Source: Eledone cirrhosa (taxonomy: Eukaryota). From it: a stretch of DNA of 64,000 nucleotides. The notes below the pieces were generated by a model. That model had not been told where the DNA came from. It worked only from the letters and a program-made list of their open reading frames with translations, and did not search any database. Of the stretch, positions 40,969 through 53,859 are shown in pieces (position 1 is the stretch's first letter; each line of letters starts with the position of its first letter). The translations under genes and the position numbers were made by a program. Where the stretch lies: positions 41,478,001-41,542,000 of the forward strand of contig OZ024748.1 in the NCBI GenBank assembly GCA_964016885.1. Direction: 5' to 3'.

Positions 40969-41763
40969 TTAATATTTTTAATATTTTTTTATATTCAATA
41001 TTAGTGATATAACCAATAACTAATTCTGGCTAAATGTATCTTTCCATACTTATATCTTCGTCGAAATGGTCTCATACTAACTAATAAATAAACGTAATTG
41101 AGATTTTCAGTATCTTCCCAATTTAAAATATTAAAAACATATAAGCATTCATATTAATTCAGTTAATTTAATTACTTACACTAAATATAAACCAGTATCC
41201 CCCATAACTTATTAAAATAATTATCTATAATAGGATATACCCATATATCCACTAATATTCTTCTATCTATATTTTTCTATCTATTTTCTACTTTATATCT
41301 ATTCATTCTCAATTTATCTTTCAATATATATTCTTATATTTTTATATATATTTATTTTTCTATTTTTTCTATATATCTATTTTTTTCTATTTACTTATAA
41401 AATTAAATATTATATTGTATTATATTAGAATTCTAACAACAAAATAATTAGTAAATTTACGTAACATTAATATAAACTTAAGGCTTATTTACGTTACATG
41501 AGTTCATCCTCTGTTAAATTCCTCTCTCTATCCCTCTACATATCTCATAACAGTAATTTTTTCGCTCTCTCTTTCTTCTCATCCTTCCCCAGCGTCATTT
41601 AAATAAACGGTTCTTTTTTTCAATTTTTCATACATTCATTTGCATATTCACACATAACTTTGAATTACCTCTAATAAGTTTCCACTATCCAGCGATTTTC
41701 GGACCGTTAAGGTGTGATTTCCATGGGTATGTCGTTATCTATTTATTTATAAAACAAATTTTG

Positions 41764-41828
41764 TATTTTATCTGATGAAAGCGCACCAAAATTGGCTTGG
41801 CCGCCCTTGAAATATATGTAATAAAATA
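41764..41828 (+). ncRNA. Hammerhead, family B-related
   Basis: TATTTTAT-CTGATGA(41772)-AAGCG...CGCccTT-GAAA-TATATG-TA-ATAAAATA; downstream tail matches family B while stem II differs. Confidence 0.8.
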
Positions 41829-41861
41829 AATATGGTTTTATAAATATAGTTTCCATTTATT

Positions 41862-42048
41862 GTGGATTGGCAGTATCGGTAGAGGGTCAGATGCCATGCT
41901 TTCCAGCATAGTTACGTCCCTTTACGATCTGAGTTCAAATCCCGCCAAGGTTGACTTTGCCTTTCATCCTTACGAGGTCGATAAAATAAAGTACCAGTAA
42001 TGCACTGGGTAATTGCTGGCCTTGTGCCTAAAGGAGAAACAATTATTA
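41862..42048 (+). mobile_element. tRNA-SINE, near full length
   Basis: TGGCAGTATCGG A box, GAGTTCAAATCC B box, shared central domain. Confidence 0.87.
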
Positions 42049-42086
42049 TCTTGGTATATATATATATATATATATGAAAAAGTATG

Positions 42087-42182
42087 ACCCCGACGGCAGA
42101 GCTCAAGCCGTTTCGACGGCTATTTCTGGATTAAATTAGAATTTTTAGTCTGGTAAATCAATAGCCGAACTTTTCAAGGGGT
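42087..42182 (-). ncRNA. Hammerhead, family F, U3-A8 core variant
   Basis: ACCCC-TTGAAAA-GttCGGCTATT...AATAGCCGtC-GAAA-CGGCttgagctctGCCG-TC-GGGGT. Confidence 0.78.
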
Positions 42183-42570
42183 ACTTCCTTATATGGGAAG
42201 ATTGTAGTTGTCAAGAGGATTGGTCAAAATTTGTTGTAAACACAAATAAGTCTATGATGGCAGTGGATGGGAGGTGGGGTGGTTGGACTTGCCTGTAGGA
42301 CAATGAGGGAGTGGGTGGAGCCGGTCAAGCGTTGAAAGTGAAATCTAGACGACAAATTCTAAGGATTGTGTATGAAATTAGGCCAGAGGAGGTAGGGGGA
42401 AAAGGTTTCGGGAGAAAATAGAGGAGGGGCGTTATAGAATGGATAAGTCAATTGAGATTAGGAGACAATAAAAAAAAATAATTAAAAAAATAAGAGAAAG
42501 ATATATAAAAATATAAAATTGGATAGTGAGAAGTGATAAAAAAAACAAACTATAGTCTAAAACAGCTAAA

Positions 42571-42685
42571 AGTAAAAAGATCTTAGACCGCGTTATACCA
42601 AAAGTTAAGCAAAACGCGAGACTTAGCCTATGGGTCAGCACCCAGGAAGTAATCTCATGGTTCAGGAATATTGAGGACAAACGGG
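42571..42685 (+). pseudogene. PLE RT fragment
   Basis: SKKILDRVIPKVKQNARLSLWVSTQEVISWFRNIEDK aligns with SKKILDKIIPQIK..WGNTGEVIEWFKDIKD at 55373-55490 (-). Confidence 0.8.
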
Positions 42686-42689
42686 ACAC

Positions 42690-42813
42690 TTAAGTGGTAT
42701 TTCAGTACTGTCCACACTCCCCCATCTTTAGTGGTATTTCTGTACTGTCCCCACGCCCCCATCTTTAGTGGTATTTCTGTACTGTCCACACTCCCCCGTC
42801 TTTAGTGGTATTT
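42690..42813 (+). repeat. 37-bp tandem repeat, ~3.3 units
   Basis: TTTAGTGGTATTTCTGTACTGTCCACACTCCCCCATC. Confidence 0.9.
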
Positions 42814-42976
42814 TACTAAACTCTTTCAGCTATTATTTATAGCAATCGACTATTATTACAGTTATCTTCTGTATTTGGGATTCTCACATTTTCAAATTTC
42901 AAATCTCTTAGTGCTTCGATAATCCATTATACGTATATACAAGAATATACAATAAAGAAATATGTTAGTTTAACGC

Positions 42977-43017
<41 letters not shown>

Positions 43018-43020
<3 letters not shown>

Positions 43021-43315
43021 AAATTAGAAATTATAAGCTTTCGCCGTATTTTAGACTAAAGAAATTTCTAGCCTGATAGTGGGGTTTATAACCCTCGGAG
43101 AAATGGAAAAAGATGAGTGTTGCCGTACATGGGAGCCACATCTTTGGTTATCCAGACCATGTACGGCAACACTCATCTTTTTCCATTTCTCCGAGGGTTA
43201 TAAACCCCACTATCAGGCTAGAAATTTCTTTAGTCTAAAATACGGTGAAAGCTTATAATTTCTAATTTCTAATTTCAAACTCGCGCACCGTTTCAAAAAC
43301 ATACTTACATGTCAA
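43018..43315. mobile_element. Second copy of the tRNA-bearing fold-back element
   Basis: ~43018-43132 is the reverse complement of ~43157-43271; the minus arm retains anticodon and T-arm remnants (TGGTCTGGATAACCAAAGATGTGG). Confidence 0.8.
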
Positions 43316-43338
43316 GTATGTTATAGATCACTAAATAG

Positions 43339-43387
43339 TTGCTCCGAAGAATCCAAACCTCGGTTTGGAGGAAACAATTGTAAGCAA
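43339..43387 (+). ncRNA. Hammerhead, family D
   Basis: TTGCT-CCGAAGA-aTCCAAACctcgGTTTGGAg-GAAA-CAATTG-TA-AGCAA. Confidence 0.78.
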
Positions 43388-43448
43388 ATAAATGATTTAA
43401 ACTGAACTTTTATTATTGTAATCTCTCTCTCTATATATATATATATAT

Positions 43449-43603
43449 AACGAAGGAGTTGTGGTAAGGAACCAGATGGACCATAACGCACCAGAGTACT
43501 CAATACTTAGGGTAGTAGAGTGAGTAATAGGAAAAAATATGACTCCGACAGCAGAGCTCAAGCTATTTCGACGGCTATTTCTGGACTAAATTAGAATTTT
43601 TAG
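43449..43603 (-). mobile_element. Family F fragment truncated within HHR stem II
   Basis: Homologous to 42075-42150 and 22310-22440. Confidence 0.8.
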
Positions 43604-43879
43604 TGGAGTTATGAATTATTAGATTTAAGTGAATGATGGGGGAGGGTATGATCTATTGGTGTGGTGGTGGTGGTGGTGGTATGATCTATTGGTGGGGTGG
43701 TGGTGGTGGTGGTTGTGGTGGTATGATCTATTGGTGGTGGTGGTGGTGGTATGATCTATTGGTTGGGGGAGATATCGATTAGATCCAACCAATATATATT
43801 TTATATCACCTGGAAAGATAAAAGTCAAAGACGACCCAGGACTAAAGTATTTTACCTGGCATTGATTCCATCAACTATT

Positions 43880-43881
43880 AG

Positions 43882-43917
<36 letters not shown>

Positions 43918-43960
43918 TCTCTCTCTCTCTCTCTCACACACACATACATCCACACACACA

Positions 43961-44055
<95 letters not shown>

Positions 44056-44080
44056 TCTCTCTCTCTCACACACACACCCA

Positions 44081-44115
<35 letters not shown>

Positions 44116-44554
44116 TCTCTCTCTCTCACCCCCCCCCCCCCCCACCCACACTCTCTCTCTCTCTCTCTCTCTCTCACACATACACACACACACACTCCCA
44201 CTTTCTGTTGTCGAAGCAAAAATAAAATAGTTAAATGCAGCAGCCGAGTGGAATAGAGAGAATGATAGAATGAGAGAGTGAGGGAGTGAGAGAATGGGAG
44301 AATGAGAGAGTGAGGGAGTGAGAGAATGAGAGAATGAGAGGATAGGAGAGTGAGAGAGTGAGAGAATGGGAGAATGATAGAGTGGGAGAGTGAGAGAATG
44401 GGAGAGTGAGAGAGTGAGAGAATGATAGAATGAGAGAATGAGAGAGTGAGAGAGTGAGAGAGTGAGAGAATGAGAGAGTGAGAGAATGAGAGAATGAGAG
44501 AGTGACAGAACGAGAGAATGAGAGAGTGAGAGAGTGAGAGAGAGAGAGTGAGAG

Positions 44555-44613
<59 letters not shown>

Positions 44614-44720
44614 CAGAATGAGAGAGTAATAGAATAAGAGAATGAGATAATGAGAGAATGAGAGAGAGAGTAATAGAATGAGAGAGTGACAGAATGAGAG
44701 AATAAGAGAATGAGAGAATA
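43880..44720 (+). repeat. (CT)n(CA)n and GAGA(A/G)T compound tracts
   Basis: Direct inspection. Confidence 0.93.
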
Positions 44721-45047
44721 TGTGTAAAAAAAATGGCTGCAGGTGACAAGCGTTAACTTTAGCAAAGATAAAGAAATCTTCCATAACACGCCAAAGCACA
44801 GACGATAAATCTAAGTGAAACATTGCTAAAACTCTACCAATAAAAGTATGGAAAGATAGCGGGATCATATTAGAACAAGACACACACTTCTCCCTTTCTT
44901 TCTCGCTGCTTTTTTGTTTATTTTGTTTTGTTTTTTGTTCTAATGATTTTTCTTCCTATTTTCTGTCGTCTGTCGTCATACAAATATATATTTAAAGATA
45001 TAACTACACATGCCATAGGCAGCAACAATTAATGTACACACCACTGC

Positions 45048-45098
<51 letters not shown>

Positions 45099-45261
45099 CA
45101 CACACACATATGTATATATATATATTTGAGTACATATTCATAAATATAATCACATATATATTTATAATCACACATATTTATATATAAACATATATATATA
45201 TATAAATTAATAACAACAATGAAATAAAAACAACGAACAAGTTCCTTATATTGAAAAAAAT

Positions 45262-45402
45262 CATCATTTTACGATCGTTTCTGGGATATATATGTGTGTA
45301 TTGGTAAGTATATCATATTAAATATCGATGTAAAAAAATATTACAAATTATCAGAGGAGATATACATACCTTCACCTATATATGCCATCTTCAGAAATGA
45401 TG
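45262..45402 (-). ncRNA. Hammerhead, family C (inverted copy)
   Basis: Near reverse complement of 48823-48963. Confidence 0.82.
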
Positions 45403-48400
45403 AAGTATGTTTATTGTAAGAAACAAAGTATTAATACAAAAAGTCTGTTTGGGAACAGGTTTTGAATTGACCAATAGAAAAGAGTTAGAGGTCAAGTTGA
45501 TAGAATAACAGTTGTAGAACTTTATGCTTTGAATGAAAAGAATATAGTGGGAAAGAGAGAGATAGGGGCTAAAATGAGGTCAAGTCAATGAGATAGTGTT
45601 AAAGAATGTTGTTAAAAGCGAAGGGAAAATAATTTTTTGTGAGATAAGAGTGTTAGTGAGAAATACTACTCCTGTTTAAATTTCAAGGAACCTAGATACA
45701 TAAAAGGAAATTAAATTAATTGATAGGTATATTTACAGAGTTAAAATTATATTAATTCTCATGAATGTGATAAATAAAGAAGTAAAAAAAATTAAAAAAA
45801 TTAAAAATATATATTTAGAAAGACTGAACTAGATAAAATGTTATAAAAAGTAGTGTATCTATCTAATAATATTAAAGATATTAATCTTAGGTATTAAATA
45901 ATCCTAGGTATTAAATGTGATAGATAGGGGATGCGGTTAAAAGAAGTAGTGAGGTTAAAGATAACTTTAGGTAAAGTGAGCTGCAAGAGAGAAATAAAAC
46001 TATGAAATTCTTTGTAGTAAATATCTAATTATAGGTTAACTTAATTAAAAAAATTTTTTTTAATTAATTTTAATAATTAAGTTTATAGTATTTGAAGATT
46101 TCATGATTTCAAATAGTTCTTGAGAGCATAACCTACACTCATATCTGCTATTTTGATAAGGGGTGGCCCTTTTGAGCACGCTCCAGGTCAGGTTGTAATC
46201 AATGACCTTCTTTCTATAATTATTAATTGCTTCAGCCAAGGAGGTTGTATTAGCTAATGTGGCATTTTAAAAACTATGTTTGTGGGTATTAAATCTTACT
46301 TTAAATTGGTTAGACGTAGCTCCTATATAGGATTGAGTGGAGTCCTTAGTACTAATTACACATTTATAGACTATGTTATTAATAAGACAATTTCCATTTA
46401 ATGGGCAATTTCTTTTGATTCTACAGTTACAGCCATTCGTAAATATTGTATCAGGGGAGTTAATTATGTTATCTATAGTGGTATTAGTGTTACTATTTTC
46501 ATTAATGTATGGTTTGTAATTATATTAGTATGGTTAGACAGGTTGTTGGTGGGTGATAGTTTAGGGGATGTGGAGCTAGTAGAGTTCTGTTTGTTTTGGA
46601 GATTATTAGTCAAAATTGATGTGGAGTTTACGGGACCTATTATAGGTGAAGAAGAAGGTGGTTTGTTTTGGTTTATTTTAGTATTATTATGGTTGGTTTG
46701 ATGTGTTGGTGGTATATTTATGGGTTTTTTTACACTTATGAGTGAGATATTATAAATTTGATGGTATTTATAATATCTCACTCAGAATCTCTAACCTTTT
46801 ATCAAATCATGATGTATTCGATAAAAACGCGCCCTTTTATAATGAAGCTGTAGCTATAAGCGGCCATAAGAACAAATTAGTCTATATACCTTGCACCAAT
46901 AATATTTCAAACATACAACCTAATATTACCAACAAACACCAAATGAAAAACCTATAACTCTTCTCACATAAATGATGATTTTCAAAAAACCATTCGCCCT
47001 AATACTCTTACATATGTCAACAACATAACTAACAAAATTCCTAGTAATCAGACTAAAACATCAATTAATCTAACTAAACCTATATATAATAAAACCACTA
47101 ATAATAACTCTCTCAGTAAACCTCCCGATACATCATATAAATATAAGAAACAATGTCGAAACCGTAATAGACGGGTTACTTGGTATAATGCTCCATTTAA
47201 TCTACAGATTAAAGACCATACTCCTAAAAAATTCTTTGCTATCCTAGAGAAAAACTTCCCACCAAACCATAAATACCATCACATTTTAAATAGATCTACT
47301 GTCAAATTCTCCTACTCAACTACCAAGAATATACAACAGAATATAAGTGCTTACAACACACATAAGTGTAAAAAAAAACCATAAATATACCACCAACACA
47401 TCAAACCAACCATAATAATACTAAAATAAACCAAAACAAACCACCTTCTTCTTCACCTATAATAGGTCCCGTAAACTCCACATCAATTTTGACTAATAAT
47501 CTCCAAAACAAACAGAACTCTACTAGCTCCACATCCCCTAAACTATCACCCACCAACAACCTGTCTAACCATACTAATATAATTACAAACCATACATTAA
47601 TGAAAATAGTAACACTAATACCACTATAGATAACATAATTAACTCCCCTGATACAATATTTACGAATGGCTGTAACTGTAGAATCAAAAGAAATTGCCCA
47701 TTAAAGGGAAATTGTCTTATTAATAACATAGTCTATAAATGTGTAATTAGTACTAAGGACTCCACTCAATCCTATATAGGAGCTACGTCTAACCAATTTA
47801 AAGTAAGATTTAATACCCACAAACATAGTTTTTAAAATGCCACATTAGCTAATACAACCTCCTTGGCTGAAGCAATTAATAATTATAGAAAGAAGGACAT
47901 TGATTACAACCTGACCTGGAGCGTGCTCAAAAGGGCCACCCCTTATCAAAATAGCAGATATGAGTGTAGGTTATGCTCCCAAGAATAATTTGGAATCATG
48001 AAATCTAATGGTATCCTATTAAATAAGCGACAGGAGTTAATTATATCATGCAATCATAGAATTAGAAAAACCTTCAAATATTATAAACTTAATTAATATA
48101 TACCTCACTCTCATATTGTACAAATTATTATAATTAATTTTTTTAATTTGTTTTACTTAAGTTAACCTATAATTAGATATTTACTACAAAGAATTTCATA
48201 ATTTTATTTCCCTCTTGCAGCTCACTTTACCTAAAGTTATCTTTAACCTCACTACTTCTTTTAACCGCATCCCCTATCTATCACATTTAATACATAGGAT
48301 TATTTAATACCTAGGATTAGTAAATATAATTAATATCTTTAATATTATGGATGTTTAGATAGATACACTACTTTTTATAAAATTTTATCTATTTCAGTCT

Positions 48401-48822
48401 TTCTATATATATATTTTTTATTTATTTATTTTTTTTTTTTTACTTCTTTATTTATCACATTCATAAGAATTAATATAATTTTAACTCTGTAAATATACCT
48501 ATCAATTAATTTAATTTCCTTTTATGTATCTAAGTTCCTTGAAATTTAAACAACAGTAGTATTTCTCACTAACACTCTCATCTCACAAAAAAATATTTTT
48601 CCCTCGCTTTTAACAACATTCTTTAACACTATCTCATTGACTTGACCTCATTTTAACCTCTATCTCTCTCTTTCCCACTATATTCTTTTCATTCAAAGCA
48701 TAAAGTTCTACAACTGTTATTCTATCAACTTGACCTCTAACTTTTTTCTATTGGTCAATTCAAAACCTGTTCCCAAACAGACTTTTTGTATTAATACTTT
48801 GTTTCTTACAATAAACATACTT

Positions 48823-48963
48823 CATCATTTCTGAAGATGGCATATATAGGTGAAGGTATGTATATCTCCTCTGATAATTTGTAATATTTTTTTACATAGA
48901 TCTTTAATATGATATACATACCAACACACACATATATATCCCAGAAACGATCGTAAAATGATG
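48823..48963 (+). ncRNA. Hammerhead with ~105-nt stem II, family C
   Basis: CATCATTT-CTGAAGA(48831)-TGGcATATAT..GGTATGTATATC..GATATACATACC..ATATATcCCA-GAAA(48944)-CGATCG-TA-AAATGATG. Confidence 0.85.
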
Positions 48964-49168
48964 ATTTTTTTCAATATAAGGAACCTGTTTTTTATTTTTA
49001 TTTCATTGTTTTGATTAATTTATCTCGACTCTGTTTTCTTATGATTTTTATCGTTAAATTTTGAATGCATTTTCTCTTTTCATGATTTCTTCTATATTTG
49101 GATTACATTGAGTTCTTCATACGGATTGGACACTACCGTTTATTTTGGTAGATATATCTACACACATA

Positions 49169-49204
<36 letters not shown>

Positions 49205-49584
49205 TACGCATATATCTATATTCATATTTATATATATACAAATATCTATATATACATAGATAGGTATACAAATACATATATGTGTGTGATATACACACAC
49301 GCGCGCGCGCGCATATACATACACACATTACATACATATAAATGTGCGTGATGTGGTGTGTATAAGTGTGTAGAGTAAGGGGGACGTTATGTCGCTTATA
49401 TAATAATTTGAGGAAATTGTGAAGAAATTTGATGAAATTTCAAACCAAAGTTTGGCGAAATTTGAGGAAACATTTGAGAAAATATTGAAGTTTTTCAAAA
49501 TTTTTTCTAAAATTTTTGAAAAACTTTTCAATATTATTGGAAAAATTTTAAGAAAATATCTCAAAATTTTTCAAAAATGTCCTT

Positions 49585-49662
<78 letters not shown>

Positions 49663-49668
<6 letters not shown>

Positions 49669-50194
49669 ATACTTTGGGAGGGTCATGTTGCCAATAAGAA
49701 ACACACACACCAGATGCTTTCACTTCAATTTATTATAATAAATTTATAAATTTAGGAATTTATAAATTTCCGGTTGGTTGGTTGGTTCCACAACCAGATG
49801 GTTGTTTATATATTGTCAAAGTTCTTTCGTCACACATTCTGTGACCTCTTCAGTGACTGGGGATTCTTTTGTTTTTTTTTTTGTTTTTTGTGCCTCTCCT
49901 TTGTTCTGACCTACGGCACAAAAAACAAAGAAAAGAATCCCCAGTCACTGAAGAGGTCACTGAATGTGTGACGAAAGAACTTTGACAATATATAAACAAC
50001 CATCTGGTTGTGGAACCAACCAACCAACCGGAAATTTATAAATTCCTAAATTTATAAATTTATTATAATAAATTGAAGTGAAAGCAACTGGTGCGTGTGT
50101 TTCTTATTGGCAATATGACCCTCCCAAAGTATAACAATATCGGTTTCAACACACGTTTTCAGATAAAGAATCTTGCTAAACAAATTCAGAAACG

Positions 50195-50196
<2 letters not shown>
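49663..50196. mobile_element. Family E fold-back HHR element
   Basis: ~49663-49880 mirrors ~49920-50140; HHRs at 49815-49857 (-) and 49944-49986 (+); (TA)n flanks. Confidence 0.88.
49944..49986 (+). ncRNA. Minimal hammerhead, family E
   Basis: GTCA-CTGAAGA-gGTCACtgaatgtGTGAC-GAAA-GAAC-TT-TGAC. Confidence 0.78.
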
Positions 50197-50264
<68 letters not shown>

Positions 50265-50310
50265 GAGCAGGAATGAAGTACCAATATACCATCTTATGTT
50301 TTTTTCATAC

Positions 50311-50393
50311 GTGACGCTCGTTTCGTTATTGATCAGCTCAATGTACGATTGGTAATGATTGGACCCGACTCTGGAACCGATAGCTCATCAGAC
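50311..50393 (-). ncRNA. Hammerhead, family J
   Basis: GT-CTGATGA-GcTAT...ATAaC-GAAA-CGAGCG-TC-AC. Confidence 0.72.
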
Positions 50394-50587
50394 TTGTGGG
50401 TTCTCGAATGAATGGAATTATCTCTGCCACACCATTATATACCCTTAAGATTCAGTTTTATTCTCAGTGTACCCCTTGGTGTTCATTGGTAGTGGTAGTA
50501 GATTTACATTTAACTGATCAGCAAGAGTATACTAAAATATATAAATAATACAATAGAGACCATACCATGTTTTCAGCATAGCTTTAA

Positions 50588-50690
50588 CAGACCCAACTAA
50601 CGCCGCCATGTTGTTTTCACCGTAACTTCCACAGACACAACTAACGCCGCCATATTATTTTCACGGTAACCTCAACAGACCCATCTAATG
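50588..50690 (+). repeat. 44-bp tandem repeat, ~2.3 units
   Basis: ACAGAC(C/A)CAACTAACGCCGCCAT..T.TTTTCAC.GTAAC. Confidence 0.85.
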
Positions 50691-51417
50691 TATATATATA
50701 TAAGAAAGTTTCAAATATTACATCTTAGGCTTTGGCAGCGGGCAATTCAAACTCATCTACACAAATACTAAATATTCGTGTAGTCCTCCCTACTTTAACT
50801 AAAGTAATTAGTAACGGCTATCATTACTACGGTATCAAGCTAATATATTTTCTTAAATATATAATTTTAAAATACTTTATACGGCATCTTTATATACATT
50901 TGTCCTGTTAGTATTCACTGCTGCATCTTTGGATGTTGAAACGATTGCTATATCGCGTGTACAACAAGGAGTGCTTTTAAAATATATTTCTGGATGATAA
51001 ACGTACGTTAGAATACAGATCGTTGTGTTAGGGCAGAACACACAATCTAGGTAAAATGGATTGTTGCTGTTTATTTCAGTTATTGTTTTTTGTTACTGTA
51101 TAAATATAAACTATGTTATTGAGAGATTTTCCACGATGAGAGGGCAGAGAGGGAGAGGGAGAGGGAGTGGAGAGGGAGAGAGAGAGGGGGGGCGGAGAGG
51201 GAGAGATGGGGTGGGGTGAAGTGTGCATTTAACATCTTGAAAATGAATTAATAACGTATCTGCCTTGAATCTTATTAAATAAGTAGATCCACATAACTGC
51301 GACCGATGACGGTTTATCCATTTCAATAAATTGTTGTTCTCAGCTCTTAACGTTGGGTATATTACCAGCGAGGCTTAGTAAACACATGCCCTGTTGAAGA
51401 ACTGTGTGTGCGTGTGA

Positions 51418-51453
<36 letters not shown>

Positions 51454-51513
51454 AAAATTAAATTAAGGGTGTATGTCCGAGAGACATACGTCATCTATGT
51501 CAATCAATTTCTA

Positions 51514-51601
<88 letters not shown>

Positions 51602-51607
51602 ATATAT

Positions 51608-51754
51608 AACGAAGGAGGTGTGGTAAGGAACCAGATGGACCATAAAGCACCAGAGTTCAATACTTAGAGTAGTAGAGTGGGTAATAGGAAAATGTTTGAC
51701 CCCAACGGCAGAGCTCAAGCCGTTTCGACGGCTATTTCTGGACTATTTAGTGCA

Positions 51755-51757
<3 letters not shown>
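51608..51757 (-). mobile_element. Family F fragment
   Basis: Near reverse complement of 59017-59151. Confidence 0.82.
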
Positions 51758-51825
<68 letters not shown>

Positions 51826-51834
<9 letters not shown>

Positions 51835-52810
51835 AGATCAAAAGATGGTTAAAGGAGTTCCATGTATTTTATTATGCGCATTTCAAAAACAAACATCATC
51901 ATGCAATAATATTTGTGTTTTCATCAGATAAAACAGGAGAACATGATATGAAGGCTAAAAAACACTTGTGGATAGTGCAGTTTTAAATCAACATATGAAA
52001 AGTGGCTTTAGATTGATGTGTGATATTGGGAAAAATATTTTATTTAGAGAGGGGGGGTGGAAAGGATGAAAAAGGGGAGGAGATGAGAGTGAAGGTGGAG
52101 AGGGATAGATGGGTGATAGAGAGAAAGAGATAGTTTTTATAACTGAGAGAAGATATATTGTTTTACATAGAGAGGTTGAAAACCGTTGGAAGATACTGTA
52201 TAAATTAAAAGAATTTGAAAATTAACGAAGGGAAAAATATGTACGAGGAAAAAATATTTTATTTAGGGAGGGGGGTGGAAAGGATGAAAAAAGGGGAGGA
52301 GATGAGAGTGAAGGTAGAGAGGGAGAGATGGGTGATAGAGAGAAATTTATACATTATCTTCCAACGGTTTTCAACCTCTCTATGTAAAACAATATATCTT
52401 CTCTCAGTTATAAAAACTATCTCTTTCTCTCTATCACCCATCTCTCCCTCTCCACCTTCACTCTCATCTCCTCCCCTTTTTCATCCTCCCCCCCCCCTCT
52501 CTAAATAAAATATTTTTCCCAATATCACACATCAATCTAAAACCACTTTTCATATGTTGATTTAAAACTGCACTATCCACAAGTGTTTTTTAGCCTTCAT
52601 ATCATGTTCTCCTGTTTTATCTGATGAAAACACAAATATTATTGCATGATGATGTTTGTTTTTGAAATGCGCATAATAAAATACATGGAACTCCTTTAAC
52701 CATCTTTTGATCTTATATATTATGTATACTCCAGTCCTACAAACTGTAGAGTGCTTCTTATCCGATATCTGCATTGCTTTATTGTACTACAATAAAACTC
52801 ACCTCCTACA
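51826..52810. mobile_element. Family G fold-back HHR element
   Basis: ~51826-52205 mirrors ~52345-52722; HHRs at 51865-51935 (-) and 52613-52683 (+); identical ORF-track peptides on both strands confirm the mirror. Confidence 0.88.
52613..52683 (+). ncRNA. Hammerhead, family G
   Basis: TGTTTTAT-CTGATGA(52621)-AAAcACAAATATTAT..ATGATGTTTGTtTTT-GAAA-TGCGCA-TA-ATAAAATA. Confidence 0.85.
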
Positions 52811-53859
52811 TATATATATATAGAGAGAAATTACATGAATCAAAGTTCTGTTCAAACCATTTATTAGCTTACAATTGTTTCTTCCAAACCGAGATTTGGG
52901 GTCTTCGGAGCAATTTTTCAATGATTGTTTACATACATGATCTCCTTTCCAACACAAGAGACATACAGAAACATATGTATATATCGATGCACAGTGGGGT
53001 GACATCCATTATAATATTTTAGCATGGCAATTTACATTCAAAAATTAAAACAAAATTAAAACAAAATTAAAGTTAAAATACAACATCGGCAGTTTACGAA
53101 GATAATGCAAGAGGATAGTTTGAGGTAGTTAGTGTATGCAATGGTTATGTGTCTTATTTATATAAGATTATACTGCGGCAAGGTGTTATATGCAATACAA
53201 GCACTTTAAGCGGGCAATCAAGAGTATTAAGGGGGTTGTATTGGTAAAGTATTTTTTATGTATGATATAGAAGCTTGTGTGCAGAGAAATATTAAAAATG
53301 AGAAGCAAAATAATGTTATGGTTTTCGTATACACCACCATTTTCACAATCCAGGAAACGTAATATATAGATTATATGTCCTTCACATAATCAACGATGAT
53401 TCAGTATTGGATGCTTGATGTATTAGGTTAGATTATTACAGCTTGTTGTTCTTTATTCCAATTTTATAGAGCAGGTTGTTTTTGTTGCGAGAATTTACAT
53501 CGTATTATTTTCCGGAAGTGTGTGTGTGATTAAGGGGAGTTAATGCGTGAGGGGAGGTAACTAGCTGATTTCTATAACTAAATTTATTATTTCAATGTAC
53601 ATTAAATGGTGTCCCAATTGAGTCCCTAACATATATGGTTATAAACAGTTCCTAAATTTAAGTATCCTATCTTTAAATTACAGTCTACTCTATCAAGAAG
53701 TACTAAAGGTGTCCATATTAGGATGATTACCCTCTATCATAGAGAGTCACAACTGAATATTCCACATGAATCAAAGTTCTGTTCAAACCCTTTATTAGCT
53801 TACAATTGTTTCTTCCAAACCGAGATTTGGGGTCTTCTATCACTTCCCATTTAAGTGTA

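Larger units (their letters stand above)
45206..49155 (+). mobile_element. Penelope-like element (Nematis-like) with ~1.5-kb inverted 5' duplication
   Basis: 45206-46736 mirrors ~47365-49020; RT thumb NISLRISNLLSNHDVF..APFYNEA at 46773; CNCRIKRNCPL..YIGAT at 47670-47790; (TA)n flanks. Confidence 0.9.

Noticed and set aside
44735-44885. Short unique open stretch between microsatellites
   Set aside because: No recognisable homology or convincing splice sites.
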